From an uncultured delta proteobacterium (GTDB taxonomy: Bacteria > Desulfobacterota > Binatia > UBA9968), in the NCBI GenBank assembly GCA_963745835.1, contig CAVUZH010000013.1, positions 512,001 through 576,000 on the forward strand: DNA of 64,000 nucleotides. Reading direction: 5' to 3'. Position numbers and translations under genes: made by a program. The notes under the pieces are model-generated. The model saw nothing but the letters and a program-made list of their open reading frames with translations. It did not search any database and had not been told where the DNA came from. Positions 10,746 through 21,111 of the stretch are shown here, one piece after another (within the stretch, counting starts at the first letter, position 1; every line of letters starts with the position of its first letter).

Positions 10746-12362
10746 ATGTTCGCCACATTGACGAAGTTTAGTCTGAGAGTCGTTATTCCAAGCGTTTGCC
10801 TCATCGTCCTTGTGAATGTGCTTCTCTCCGAACATCATGAAAGCAATCCACAAAAACGTATCGAAGTGGCGTTGGCCTCAAGAAATAATGCCGGTGCAAA
10901 AGCGGAATACCACAAGCTGATTGAGGACAATTTCTTTAAGGTCGAGTATCACAGAGGCTATATCGGCAGCCACCTCGGGCAACCTCGGCGGGGAAGCGCT
11001 TTTTCGGCGCAAGCCAATCAGGATATAATTGAGGGGTATCGACGTTACGCGTCGTCGAGCATTCCCGAAGTGTCTGACATCGGGTACTACGGACTTGGCT
11101 ATTTCTACAGTCTTCAGAGAGACGACGAGCGGGCAAGAGAGAATTTCCAGAAAGTTCGCAATACTCAACTCCCCTACCTGAACAACTCTCTTGGAGCGGT
11201 CTATCGCAGGACGGGTCGTCTCGATCTGGCGAAGCAATACTTCCATCGAGAGATCCAGGTTGGAGGTAATGTAGCGGGAGCTTATTCGGGCCTTGCTCAG
11301 ATATTTTACGCCACAAAGCAGTACAGTGATCTCAAGCAAATTGCTGCCCGTGCAGAAGCAAAAAACTCTTTTCCACCGCGTATCCGACGATTTCTGGCGC
11401 TGCGAGAGGGAAGGTATGCAGACTATTTATGGGAAGCTTCGGTTTTCCGCCGCGTGACTGCCTACGGTCTCCTCGGCGTCGTGCTGATACTTGGCACCTG
11501 GTTTGTCTATCTGCAGCAGATCGAAGGGTTCGAGCCGAAACGCCTTGGCTACACCGTAATAGTCCTGGCCGGAGGGATGATTTTTTGTTGCTTTGTAGTG
11601 CCGCTCTACGATGCCTTTGCCTTCGGATCCCGCGCCAACGGCACGGACCAAAAGGATCTCCTTTATTACGTATTAGTCGTCGGGCTCATTGAGGAAGCGT
11701 TAAAGATCATTCCCGTGCTCCTGGTCATGTGGCTGACCCGTGCGATCGATGAGCCTTTGGACTACATCATCTACGGCTCTATATCGGCGCTCGGTTTCGC
11801 CTTCATGGAAAACCTGCTCCCCGGCTATGAATGGAGACTCGGAGCAATCTCCTCCCGCGCATTGGGGGCTGTTGTCCTGCACATGACATTCACTTCATTA
11901 ATTATGTACGGACTCTTCTATAGCAGGTACCGCGCCCAGAAGAAGCCGCTTCAGTATTTTCTTCTCGCCTTTGGAGCAGCATGCGTCCTCCATGGGATCC
12001 TTGACTTCTCAGTCGACAGAGGCTGGAGCATTCTCGGTCTTCTAATATCGACTTATTGCATCCGGCAGTACGGTGTCTTTATCAATTCCACCCTGAACCT
12101 TTCCAAGCGTAACCCGGAGCGGCCGAAGCGACAACTTGAACTCACCGAGTATCTCTGCTATTCGCTGGCCGCCCTCGTGATGCTGCAGTATATCGCAATG
12201 GCGGTAAAGTACGGCCCGGGCAATGCAAACTCAACTTTCTTCTGGACAGCTTTTTTCTCGTATTTTTGGCTGTGCGTAATTCTGGTAAACCTCGGGACCT
12301 TTGACATGCGAAAGCGTCCATGGCTGCCACTTTTGAGGAGGAAAGCAACTTCTCACGCATGA
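10746..12362 (+). CDS. PrsW-family glutamic intramembrane protease with N-terminal TPR-like domain
   Basis: EEALK, ALGFAFMEN, LH, HG..D PrsW motifs in a multi-TM C-half; TPR-like helices (YYGLGYFY, NNSLGAVY, AYSGLAQIF); start uncertain. Confidence 0.8.
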   Translation: MFATLTKFSLRVVIPSVCLIVLVNVLLSEHHESNPQKRIEVALASRNNAGAKAEYHKLIEDNFFKVEYHRGYIGSHLGQPRRGSAFSAQANQDIIEGYRRYASSSIPEVSDIGYYGLGYFYSLQRDDERARENFQKVRNTQLPYLNNSLGAVYRRTGRLDLAKQYFHREIQVGGNVAGAYSGLAQIFYATKQYSDLKQIAARAEAKNSFPPRIRRFLALREGRYADYLWEASVFRRVTAYGLLGVVLILGTWFVYLQQIEGFEPKRLGYTVIVLAGGMIFCCFVVPLYDAFAFGSRANGTDQKDLLYYVLVVGLIEEALKIIPVLLVMWLTRAIDEPLDYIIYGSISALGFAFMENLLPGYEWRLGAISSRALGAVVLHMTFTSLIMYGLFYSRYRAQKKPLQYFLLAFGAACVLHGILDFSVDRGWSILGLLISTYCIRQYGVFINSTLNLSKRNPERPKRQLELTEYLCYSLAALVMLQYIAMAVKYGPGNANSTFFWTAFFSYFWLCVILVNLGTFDMRKRPWLPLLRRKATSHA

Positions 12363-12448
12363 CTCAGCAGAAATGCAGAACTTGCGTGATTGTTTGACGA
12401 CTAAAATGGTCCCTTTACTGCCTGTTGCTCCTGCCTGATGTCTGTTTG

Positions 12449-12578
12449 GTTGAACGGCTTGAACGAATTGAACCCAGCAAAACGCACTGGATCGGTTGGA
12501 ACATTTGGAGCGGCTTAAATCCCTGGAACGAGCGCAGCGAATCTGACCTTGAACTTTTGGACCTTGAACTGTTGAACT
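12449..12578. repeat. TTGAAC-family repeat element R2
   Basis: Collinear with the R1 right arm, e.g. aatccctggaacgagcgcagcgaatctgaccttgaac vs aatccctggaacgagcctagcgaatcggacttgaac. Confidence 0.8.
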
Positions 12579-12707
12579 CCCGTTACATCTGCTGCCCTTG
12601 ACTACTTCTGTCTGTTTGCCTAGTGTTCGGCCCAATCAGTGCTGGCAAGCTTAGTGCTCACGAAAAATCTTCGATACCAGGAATCGCCAAGGAAGTGGAG
12701 ATCCTAC

Positions 12708-13712
12708 ATGCCAGGGCGGCTCTTTCCCAGATCGATTGAAATTTTTGTACTGATCGCGTGTGTCCTGGCGGCAGTCCCTGGACTATCGGTGTCGGCGGAA
12801 TCGCCGTCCAAAACTATTCATTCCGTTACTAACGTCAGGCTGGCCACGCCTCCACCATCACTCAGCTATTTGCCTATCCATGTGGCGCTCCAGAAAGGGT
12901 TCTTTGCAAAACGCGGCTTTGATGTGGAAGTCATTCAGATGGCTGCTGGACTCGCAGCTCCGGCACTGCTCAACCGGTCCATCGATTATACGACGATACC
13001 GAGCGGACCGGCTACGGCTGCCGCTCGTGGACTGCCCCTTAAGGTGGTTTGCTTCACGTCGGTAAAGCTCCAGCATGTTCTTATTGGCCGCCCGGAGATC
13101 ATGAGCGTGACCGATCTTGCGGGGAAACGGATTGGTGCCGGAAGTCTTGGAACTCTCCCCGCCTATCAGGTTCGGTTCATCATCGATAGATTCCGGCTTG
13201 GAAGCGACACGATTATTGTCCCTTTGAACTCGACTAACGACCGGATCATCGCCACGCAAAAGGGCAACGTTGATGCTGCCGTCGTGTCAGCGCCCTTCGA
13301 TTTGAAGGCTGAGGAACTGGGATTGAAACGGCTCCTGCAGATCGGGTCGATACTGCCGATCCCGCAAGCAGGACTTGCCACCACCGAAGAAAAGATAAAA
13401 ACCAGACGGCACGAAGTCATTGAGTTCCTCAAAGCTACGAACGAAGGCCTCGATTACACTTGGAGCCAGCGGGAAGGCACTATTGATATCATCGCGAAGT
13501 GGATGAACTTAAATCGATCGTTAGCTGTAAGAGTCTACGAATCCGTGCGCGACACTTACTCGCAAAACGGCATCCCTTCCCAAGAGCAAACCAACGCCTA
13601 TATAGCCATGCTGAGTGCGACGGCAGCTCTGAAGGGAGACGTCTCCAGCGCTTCCATTTTCGATTTTACCCTTGCCGCCGAGGCGGCCAAAGAAATGACT
13701 GCAAAGAAGTAG
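12708..13712 (+). CDS. ABC transporter substrate-binding protein (NitT/TauT family)
   Basis: Signal peptide; YLPIHVALQKGFF...GFDVEVI, DLAGKRIG, IFDFTLA. Confidence 0.85.
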   Translation: MPGRLFPRSIEIFVLIACVLAAVPGLSVSAESPSKTIHSVTNVRLATPPPSLSYLPIHVALQKGFFAKRGFDVEVIQMAAGLAAPALLNRSIDYTTIPSGPATAAARGLPLKVVCFTSVKLQHVLIGRPEIMSVTDLAGKRIGAGSLGTLPAYQVRFIIDRFRLGSDTIIVPLNSTNDRIIATQKGNVDAAVVSAPFDLKAEELGLKRLLQIGSILPIPQAGLATTEEKIKTRRHEVIEFLKATNEGLDYTWSQREGTIDIIAKWMNLNRSLAVRVYESVRDTYSQNGIPSQEQTNAYIAMLSATAALKGDVSSASIFDFTLAAEAAKEMTAKK

Positions 13713-13949
13713 AGGGAAATAACACCGGTGGTGGAAGAGAATCTTGCCGATACCAAACTGCATGTGCAACATGCTCTGTGACATCCTCGAGAGGCAACCG
13801 GTGTTTGTACGCCAAGATGATCGGCCACTACTGACGCCAAGATTCAAATGCATTCGCAACTAACCAACTTCGGACTTCTCTGATCCGATCGGTTAAATAT
13901 TTTGAACGCACCGATTGAATTTTTTTGGTTTAACTCGGAGCAAGCTATT

Positions 13950-14087
13950 TTGAACGAGTTGAAGCCACGAAAACACTGGAGCGATTGCAACGACTGGGAA
14001 CCGTTGGAATGGTTGAAACGGGTTGAATCCACTTAGCCAAGTAGCAGCCAATCTGATCTTGAACTCTTGAACTTTGAACGTTGAACC
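13950..14087. repeat. TTGAAC-family repeat element R3
   Basis: gcgattgcaacgactgggaaccgttggaatggttgaaacgggttgaatcc (13981) matches R1 at 10478; ends in four tandem TTGAACN units. Confidence 0.8.
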
Positions 14088-14091
14088 GCTG

Positions 14092-15198
14092 CTACGTGGC
14101 AACTTTCTGTCGTTGCCCCGTCTGTGAAGCGCGCATAATCGTATCCAACGTGCGATGACGGCGCACTGCGTGATCGAAGTCGGTCTCGATAGCCGAGCCG
14201 GTGCGTATTGCCTCGGCAAACTTGACCCACATCTGGCCCACTTCGTAGGCGGGACCGTCCGTGCGCACGGTTTCGGGCACCCACTTGAATCGCTCCGGCA
14301 CGGTCAACTCCTGCAGTACCTTGTCGTCTTTCCGTCCGCCCATAATTTTACGCTGCTGCTCCCCGCCACCCTCGCCGCCGCCGATCATCGCCAGCGTGCC
14401 CTCCCTGCCGTAAATCTCCAGCCGATGCCCGCTACCGTGATACGGATGCACGCCGCAGTAGGCATTAACGATGGCGCCGTTTTCGAAGCGGCCGTGAACC
14501 GCGATGTTGTCGGGTGAGGTGACGTCCACGTATCTTTTGGTGTCGCTCTCGAACCATTGAGGGACCTGCGTACTGACCATCGCCGAGAGTTCGGCCAGTT
14601 CGCCGACCACCATGCACATGGCGTCGAACACGTGGCCGAACGTAATCGTCAGCGTGTTCGCGCCCAAGGTGACATCGCGCTGCCAGGTGCGGTCCGAAGG
14701 GCGGGTTAACACACCGCTACCCATAAGCGTCATATTCACAGCCAGCATCTGCCCGACGTAATCTTGCTGAATCAACTCGCGCATGTACAGATAAGCGGGC
14801 GACGCGCGGCGCTGCAAGCCGACCATGGTGCGAAGGTTTTTCTGGCGCGCCAGCGCCGCCAGATCTTCGGCCTCTTTGGTATTCGCGCCGAGTGGCCATT
14901 CGCAGAAAACGTGCTTGCCCGCTTCAATGGCGTGTTTCGTGAGTTCGTAGTGCGCCGGCACCCGCACTGCGACCGCCACAACTTCGACCTGCATATCCGC
15001 ATTTAGCTCTTTGTCGTTGCCGTACGCGCGCATCACGCCAAACTTATCGGCCGCTGCGTGCGCGGTATCCGCATGCGCCGTGCACACGGCGTAGAGCTCG
15101 GCTTCGGGCACGCCCGTCAACGCCGGCGCATGCGCTCGCGGTCCCCATCTGCCCCCTGCTCCAATGAGTCCTACGCGGATTGGATTGAATTGGGTCAT
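14092..15198 (-). CDS. Gfo/Idh/MocA family oxidoreductase
   Basis: IRVGLIGAG, AGKHVFCEWPL, VGLQRR, LEIYGREG; GAGGG RBS. Confidence 0.9.
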   Translation of the reverse strand: MTQFNPIRVGLIGAGGRWGPRAHAPALTGVPEAELYAVCTAHADTAHAAADKFGVMRAYGNDKELNADMQVEVVAVAVRVPAHYELTKHAIEAGKHVFCEWPLGANTKEAEDLAALARQKNLRTMVGLQRRASPAYLYMRELIQQDYVGQMLAVNMTLMGSGVLTRPSDRTWQRDVTLGANTLTITFGHVFDAMCMVVGELAELSAMVSTQVPQWFESDTKRYVDVTSPDNIAVHGRFENGAIVNAYCGVHPYHGSGHRLEIYGREGTLAMIGGGEGGGEQQRKIMGGRKDDKVLQELTVPERFKWVPETVRTDGPAYEVGQMWVKFAEAIRTGSAIETDFDHAVRRHRTLDTIMRASQTGQRQKVAT

Positions 15199-15445
15199 GG
15201 TTTCCCTCTTGTAAAATGAATTAAATTTATCGGCGCAACGCAACGAAATCGGCAAAGATGTCACAGCGCCAGTTCAGACTCTTACGTTATATCAAACTTA
15301 GAAAAAAGTCTGAGCTAGACGCGCGCCGTTACGTTGACTAAACTTGTCACAGACAGCGTGAGTTGTAGCTCGGCAGCGATACGGAACGAGTCCGGAAAAA
15401 TCGCGTCGAATTTTTGGCTAACCACCATATCGATAATGCGAACCG

Positions 15446-16438
15446 CTAGAACCGCCCTTCTTTCTCCATCCTGCGCACCGCGCTGTCTTCGATTAACTCT
15501 TCCGCTTTAAGGCGACGAATCTTCTCGTTGTTGACGCCCAGCAGACGGATGACATTACGAATGCCATCGGCGCTGGGGTAAATCTTACGTTCGTACAGAT
15601 TGACCATTGTGCGATAGCCATCTTCGGCATCTTCGATCCGTCTAAAGCGCAGCGCTTTGGCGAGACTCTTGGTAACCTGGCTCTTGTTATCAGGATTGCG
15701 GATGAACGCGACGCTATCCAGTAAGGCTCTGAGCACACTGTCCACTGCGGCGGGAGACGACGTGACGAAGCTCCGCCGCGCCATCAAGCCTGAGCCCTGA
15801 TAGGGTATCGGCAACTTCTCGCTGTCAGCGAGGACGGTGAAGCCTTTGCCCTCGAGCATCTTGCCGAAGGTGTAACCTAGGAACGACGCATCTACAGTGC
15901 CGTTGAGCACACCCTGGGCCATCACCGCCTGCTCGCCCAACGTTCTGAATTGAATTTTGTCTCGCTCGGGGACCAACCCCCAGTAATCCAGCATCAACAT
16001 CGAGAAAATCCATCCGCCGCCGCTCAAGCTGTTGACCCCGAGACTCTTGCCCTTTAACTCTGCGGGCGTTTTGATCTTTGGATTGGCCACGAACATGCCT
16101 GACAGCCGGTTAATAAATCCGGCAACAAACACCAGGTCGGCCCCTTCGGCAATCGCGCCCAGGTTCGCGCCGGAAACCGAGCCCCAGTGAAATTGAGTTT
16201 CGCCCGAGCTCAGCGCCGACATCGCCACCGGCCCATTGCGGACCTGGACGAAACTCAAATCGACGCCGTGCTTGCGAAATAAGCCCTGGTCCTGAGCTAC
16301 ATAAACCGCGCCATCGCGCTCGCTGGCCGATCCCGAGGTCATGATGATCTTGTATAACGGCGCAGCGCCTTCAGCCGGTTGAAAGGAAGGAATAAAAACA
16401 AAAAACAAGACGAGCAAATAAACCGATCGAGTTTTCAT
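15446..16438 (-). CDS. ABC transporter substrate-binding protein (NitT/TauT family)
   Basis: Signal peptide; YVAQDQGLFRKHGVD, ELKGKSLG, C-terminal IEDS.VRRMEKEG. Confidence 0.85.
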   Translation of the reverse strand: MKTRSVYLLVLFFVFIPSFQPAEGAAPLYKIIMTSGSASERDGAVYVAQDQGLFRKHGVDLSFVQVRNGPVAMSALSSGETQFHWGSVSGANLGAIAEGADLVFVAGFINRLSGMFVANPKIKTPAELKGKSLGVNSLSGGGWIFSMLMLDYWGLVPERDKIQFRTLGEQAVMAQGVLNGTVDASFLGYTFGKMLEGKGFTVLADSEKLPIPYQGSGLMARRSFVTSSPAAVDSVLRALLDSVAFIRNPDNKSQVTKSLAKALRFRRIEDAEDGYRTMVNLYERKIYPSADGIRNVIRLLGVNNEKIRRLKAEELIEDSAVRRMEKEGRF

Positions 16439-16765
16439 GAGCCTGCTCCCGTTTGAAATAGGATGATTAGATCCGCCTGCTACTCTGCGATCGCAGCCGA
16501 TCTTGGCAAAGAGTTTATCCTGCGGCAAGCGCTGAATGAGTCAATTTGTTAGCGGTTGAAGCCACAGGCAGCGCTCGCGGCATCGCGCGAGTTTTATTGA
16601 TAGAACGAGGCATAACTTCTTGGCAAGCCCCGCCTATTTCATGCTATTGATCCATTATATTTATATTCGGCGTATTCCGTTTACCATGTGCACCATCGAT
16701 CTATCGCTTTAACAGGCCTATCAGAGATTGTCAGCAGAACGCACGATCAAGGAGGAGCTTAAGCG

Positions 16766-17434
16766 ATGAAAACTCTTTACCTTTCGATCATCACAGTGAC
16801 TGTAGCCGTGCTCGGCATCACATGGGTCACGGCTCAGGACCGAGACACATCGATGAGTTTTTTTGTCACCAGCGCTGGTCCTGGCAACGGCGCCGACCTC
16901 GGCGGACTGAAAGGAGCGGATGCGCTTTGCCAGAAGATGGCCGCGGCTGGTGGAGCCGCCAGCGGTAATTGGCGCGCCTATCTGAGCGTCAGCGCCAATG
17001 ATGGGAAAGCTGCGGTAAACGCGCGTGATCGCATCGGCAAAGGTCCCTGGTACAATGCCAAAGGAGTTAAAATAGCCGACGACGTCGAGAACCTTCATTC
17101 GGATAAGAACAATCTAAACAAGGAAACGGCCTTGGACGAAAAAGGTAATCGGGTTAATGCTCGCGGTGACAAGCCGAATAAGCACGACATCTTGACCGGC
17201 TCTAAGAGCGACGGCACCGCCTACCCGGCAAGTCCAAACCTAACATGCGAAAACTGGACAGCCGGCAATTCAACCAAGCTCCCCGGAGCCGCTCAAGTCG
17301 GCCATCATGACCGCGAGGGTAATTCGCCTGAAGGCGTCTCTTGGAATTCGGCGCATGCCTCCCGCGGCTGCGGTCAAGAAGATCTCAGATCTTCCGGCGG
17401 CGATGGCTTGGTCTATTGCTTTCTTGGACGGTAA
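16766..17434 (+). CDS. Secreted lectin-like / endostatin-like domain protein
   Basis: Signal peptide; FFVTS.GPG.GADLGGL.GADALCQ, WRAYLS, NARDRIGKGPW, GHHDR, SWNSAH, GLVYCF; AAGGAGG RBS. Confidence 0.75.
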   Translation: MKTLYLSIITVTVAVLGITWVTAQDRDTSMSFFVTSAGPGNGADLGGLKGADALCQKMAAAGGAASGNWRAYLSVSANDGKAAVNARDRIGKGPWYNAKGVKIADDVENLHSDKNNLNKETALDEKGNRVNARGDKPNKHDILTGSKSDGTAYPASPNLTCENWTAGNSTKLPGAAQVGHHDREGNSPEGVSWNSAHASRGCGQEDLRSSGGDGLVYCFLGR

Positions 17435-17515
17435 AAAATACAGACGGAAAGCGTAGCAGGCGTGTGACCGTTCTTAGAGAGTTTATTCAACTGAGCCTCT
17501 GGGAAGTACGGGACT

Positions 17516-18250
17516 CTAGCTGAGTAGTTCGATGACCATCATAAAGGCAAACGGCGCCATGGATGTTCCTCCACCTGACTTCAGGCACGCCTTATACATT
17601 TCGCGGTATTCCTGCCACAGTTTTTCGGGCTCCGCATCAGGCGCCAGACAGTCTGCCGGAGAAAATTGCCGTTTGACCGAACTGATGCCGGTGTTAAAGC
17701 GTTGAAGATGGGTAAAGCCCTGCTCGAAAAGTGGCAGCGCATCGGCATAGCGCCCGGTTTGGTGATAGGTAGCCGCCAATGGAAGATTGGTAAAGTATTC
17801 ATCTGGTTCTAATCGGAACGCCAGCTTCTGCACAAACTCCGCCTCTTTATATCGCCCTTGCGCGTGCAGTTGGAAACCGAAACGAGAAAACAAACAAGCA
17901 ATCTCCGCGATTGCCTCGTCCAAATCGATTCTCGTCGCAAGCTCCGGATAACGATCTCTCGGGTAGCCGTAATCTTCGGACAAGGTGATGAAACGCATCA
18001 CGTCTTCCTTGGAACTAAGCCGCGAGACGATGGCCACGAGAAAACGATGAGATAGTTTTTCCCAATCATTGCGAGTCACCAGAATTTGCAAAAGACAATC
18101 TCGTTCTGAAAGCCCGGTTTTTTCCAAAGCCCGGTAGCGCCTAAGCATAGCGGTGACTCTTGCTTTAGGAGTGAGATGTCGCCGCGCTAATAACCGATAG
18201 ATGATGATTCCCGCGATTAGAGAAATGAGCCAGAACATCGGATTGTCCAT
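17516..18250 (-). CDS. Hypothetical protein, N-terminal TM plus TPR-like repeats
   Basis: GAGGAGG RBS before ATG 18250; TM segment; QGRYKEAE and LAATYHQTGRYADALPLFEQG. Confidence 0.6.
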   Translation of the reverse strand: MDNPMFWLISLIAGIIIYRLLARRHLTPKARVTAMLRRYRALEKTGLSERDCLLQILVTRNDWEKLSHRFLVAIVSRLSSKEDVMRFITLSEDYGYPRDRYPELATRIDLDEAIAEIACLFSRFGFQLHAQGRYKEAEFVQKLAFRLEPDEYFTNLPLAATYHQTGRYADALPLFEQGFTHLQRFNTGISSVKRQFSPADCLAPDAEPEKLWQEYREMYKACLKSGGGTSMAPFAFMMVIELLS

Positions 18251-18509
18251 TCTGACCTCCTCGCTGATGAAAAACACGCAATGCCCCGCCAGGTCAAGTC
18301 ATAGAAAATAGTCAAAGTGGCGATCACCGGCTAGCAAGCACGGCTCCGGCCATCCAGGTAATATTTTTTAGAGAGATCGTTTACGCGCAGCTCTGCCGTA
18401 CCCGATCAATCCTTTCTTTTTGCGCTTTCATCCCTGCTATAGCAGCGCTCGTCGACCGGTTTGCTAACAGAAGGCGAGAAAATGAGTCTAAGTAGATCAG
18501 GAGGAAGTC

Positions 18510-18734
18510 ATGAAAACATTGCTCTTACTGCTACTTCTAGGAAATTTAGGTCTGGCCGGCTGCGAGTTCGTCGCCGGAGCCGCTACCGGTGCTCTGGCCA
18601 CTGGAGCAGGATATGAAATCAATGCCAAGAGACAGATGGACAGGCTCGATGATGATTACCGCCACGAGCGCATAAGTCGCCGTGAATATGAACGCCGCAG
18701 AAGTCAGATAGAGAGAGGTTCCATCGTGTACTGA
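18510..18734 (+). CDS. Small lipoprotein
   Basis: AGGAGG RBS; lipobox LAGC; Gly/Ala-rich helix followed by charged tail. Confidence 0.7.
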   Translation: MKTLLLLLLLGNLGLAGCEFVAGAATGALATGAGYEINAKRQMDRLDDDYRHERISRREYERRRSQIERGSIVY

Positions 18735-19205
18735 GTTCGGCAGGGGATTGTCCGGCGCGAATAACTGGGTCCAGCGCCGGTCGATTCGGATTGACGTTGA
18801 AATATATCGCCCACAGGTGTTTGATCGCCCTAGTAGGAGCCAAACGGTATCCTGCTCGTGCCAAGAAGCCCGCATCCGGTCCGCTGAAGTTACAGCATTG
18901 AACCGGCAGATTCTTAACTCAATCCGGCGCGGCCGTATAATCAATTCTTGGCTCGTCCAGGTTGCTTGTATTAAAGTTTTTTCGTAACTTTCGCGGCCAT
19001 CATCAAAGATCAGTTCTCCCTGCTCTTTCTCATCTCAATGTGCCTTTCTATTCCAGCGCCGCACCGACGGTGTATATTGAAATAGAGGCCGATCTACTCT
19101 GCCCCGCAGCTTCAGGATTCCATCGAGCGCGTCTAATTGTAAAGAAGTAGAGATGCGCCGATCCTGATCATTAACTAGAAAACCGCGTGCGAAAGGAGGA
19201 GGAGG

Positions 19206-20708
19206 ATGCAGTATAGAGATTTCAACATTTTTCGGATGATGTTCAGAGCAGCATCGCTTCTGCTGATTGCCGTTATCTTTTTCGGCTGCACATCTGACAT
19301 TATTCCCGCCACCGGCGAAAGGCGCTATCTGGGTTATACCTGGCAACAGGAAACCGAGCTCGGCAAGGAAGCCAGCAAACAAGTCGCCGCCTTGTTCGGT
19401 GTTTACCGGGATCCTAAACTGGAGCGCTACGTCAACGATGTCGGTAGTCGGGTTCTCGCAACCAGCCACCTGCGCCGGCCGGGAACAGAGGAGCAGTTTC
19501 AAAAAACACCGATTACGTTCACGGTACTCGATAGCCCGATCATCAATGCGATGGCTCTTCCCGGTGGGTATATCTATGTCACTCGAGGAATGCTCAGCCA
19601 TCTTAATAACGAGGATGAGCTAGCCTCGGTGTTGGGGCACGAGATCGGCCATGTCACCGCGCGCCACGCAGCGCGCCAGGCATGGCAACAACAATTGGGG
19701 CAAGGACTGTTGCTCGGCGGCGCGATCTTGGGTCAGGGGCTTGGACTTCCCGCCCAGGAAATTCTCAATGTCGGCGGCATGGCGGCGCAGCTACTGTTTC
19801 TTCGTTACAGCCGTGAGGACGAATTGGAGTCGGATCAATTGAGTGTCGAGTACAGCTCACTTGCCGGCTATGACCCGGCCGAAGTGATCTCATTTTTTCA
19901 GACGCTCAACCGGATCCAAGAAAAGGAAGGACAAGGAATGCCCAATTTTCTTTCCACGCATCCCAATCCAGGCGACCGAGTGCAACGCATCAAAGAATTA
20001 ACCGATCGCCGGCGTGTTGAACGACCGCCGCAGCCCACCGTCGACCGTTATTTAAATGCCATTGAAGGGTTGGTAATCGGTGAAGACCCGCGCCAGGGTT
20101 TCGTGGAAGGCAATGTCTTTTACCATCCCGATTTGCGCTTCCGCTTTCCGGTGCCACGGGGTTTCAAAGTGCTCAACCAACCGACTCAGGTGGTGATGGT
20201 CGAGAGCCAGAACCGAGCAATCCTGGGATTTACTTCGAGTCCGGAGAAGACAATAGAATCTGCCGCTGCTAAATTCATTAATCAGCCGGGACTGCGGGTC
20301 ATCCAACGGACCCCGACGCGCTCCAATGGCTTGCCGGCACTGTTGGTGATCGCCGATGGGCAGATGGAAAAAGGTCAGGTGGTTCGGCTGATGGTTTACT
20401 TTATTGAATATCGCGGCTCGGTTTACCATTTTCTCGGCTACAGCGCGCCCCAAGCCTTCAGCATGTTTCAAAAAGAATTTATGCAGACCATGCAGGGATT
20501 CGGCGAACTTCAAGATTCGCGTCTCGTCAATAAAGAACCGGTCCGCCTCGCGCTCGAGCGTGTTTCGCGACAGGCGCGCTTTCAGGATCTAATTCCAAAG
20601 AATTTGCCCGCGCCGCTTAAGCCCGAAGATCTGGCGATCATGAACCAGGTTCAGTTGAACGACGAAATTCAACCAGGGAGAACGATCAAGTTACCAAGAG
20701 CGCGTTAG
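19206..20708 (+). CDS. M48 family zinc metalloprotease lipoprotein (BepA/YfgC-like), C-terminal LysM-like domain
   Basis: Lipobox FFGC; INAMALPGG, HEIGH, YSREDELESD, FLSTHP. Confidence 0.9.
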   Translation: MQYRDFNIFRMMFRAASLLLIAVIFFGCTSDIIPATGERRYLGYTWQQETELGKEASKQVAALFGVYRDPKLERYVNDVGSRVLATSHLRRPGTEEQFQKTPITFTVLDSPIINAMALPGGYIYVTRGMLSHLNNEDELASVLGHEIGHVTARHAARQAWQQQLGQGLLLGGAILGQGLGLPAQEILNVGGMAAQLLFLRYSREDELESDQLSVEYSSLAGYDPAEVISFFQTLNRIQEKEGQGMPNFLSTHPNPGDRVQRIKELTDRRRVERPPQPTVDRYLNAIEGLVIGEDPRQGFVEGNVFYHPDLRFRFPVPRGFKVLNQPTQVVMVESQNRAILGFTSSPEKTIESAAAKFINQPGLRVIQRTPTRSNGLPALLVIADGQMEKGQVVRLMVYFIEYRGSVYHFLGYSAPQAFSMFQKEFMQTMQGFGELQDSRLVNKEPVRLALERVSRQARFQDLIPKNLPAPLKPEDLAIMNQVQLNDEIQPGRTIKLPRAR

Positions 20709-20824
20709 CAGCAAGGTTGTGGGTTTTGGCTTTTCCAACGCATCGCGCATCTGAGAAGCGCCCGGTAAACCCGTGTAGCATGGATGAGACAGTTGGAGCA
20801 GAAGAGGCTCACTTTAGAAAATGA

Positions 20825-20858
20825 AAGCGGAGGAACTATGCAATTAGCTCCTCCGCTT
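20825..20858 (-). terminator. Intrinsic terminator hairpin between convergent M48 and entericidin genes
   Basis: aagcggagga...tcctccgctt 10-bp stem with T-rich tail on minus strand. Confidence 0.65.
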
Positions 20859-20890
20859 GTACTCGGTAGAAAACGTTAGTGGCTGTCGAT

Positions 20891-21055
20891 TTAGAGCCTG
20901 CGCCTTACCGATTCCGCGGCATCTTGCGTCTTTTCGCCGCCACGCTCAATATCGCGTCCCATTCCTTTTACGGTGTTGCAACCGATAGAGGCCAAAATAC
21001 CAGCGAGTGAAATCGCGATGGTAATTATAGAAAAACGTTTTTTCAGTGACTGCAT
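20891..21055 (-). CDS. Entericidin A/B family lipoprotein (54 aa, absent from ORF track)
   Basis: Translated by hand: MQSLKKRFSIITIAISLAGILASIGCNTVKGMGRDIERGGEKTQDAAESVRRRL; CNT..G.G.DI..GG motif; AGGAGG RBS. Confidence 0.9.
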   Translation of the reverse strand: MQSLKKRFSIITIAISLAGILASIGCNTVKGMGRDIERGGEKTQDAAESVRRRL

Positions 21056-21095
21056 AATGGAACCTCCTATGTTGAAAACTCTGCTGATTACCTAC

Positions 21096-21111
21096 AGCAA
21101 AGCCTGTACCA
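21096..21111 (-). promoter_or_regulatory. Sigma-54 (-24/-12) promoter of the entericidin gene
   Basis: TGGTAC-AGGCT-TTGCT on minus strand vs consensus TGGCAC-N5-TTGCW, 40 nt upstream of ATG. Confidence 0.65.
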
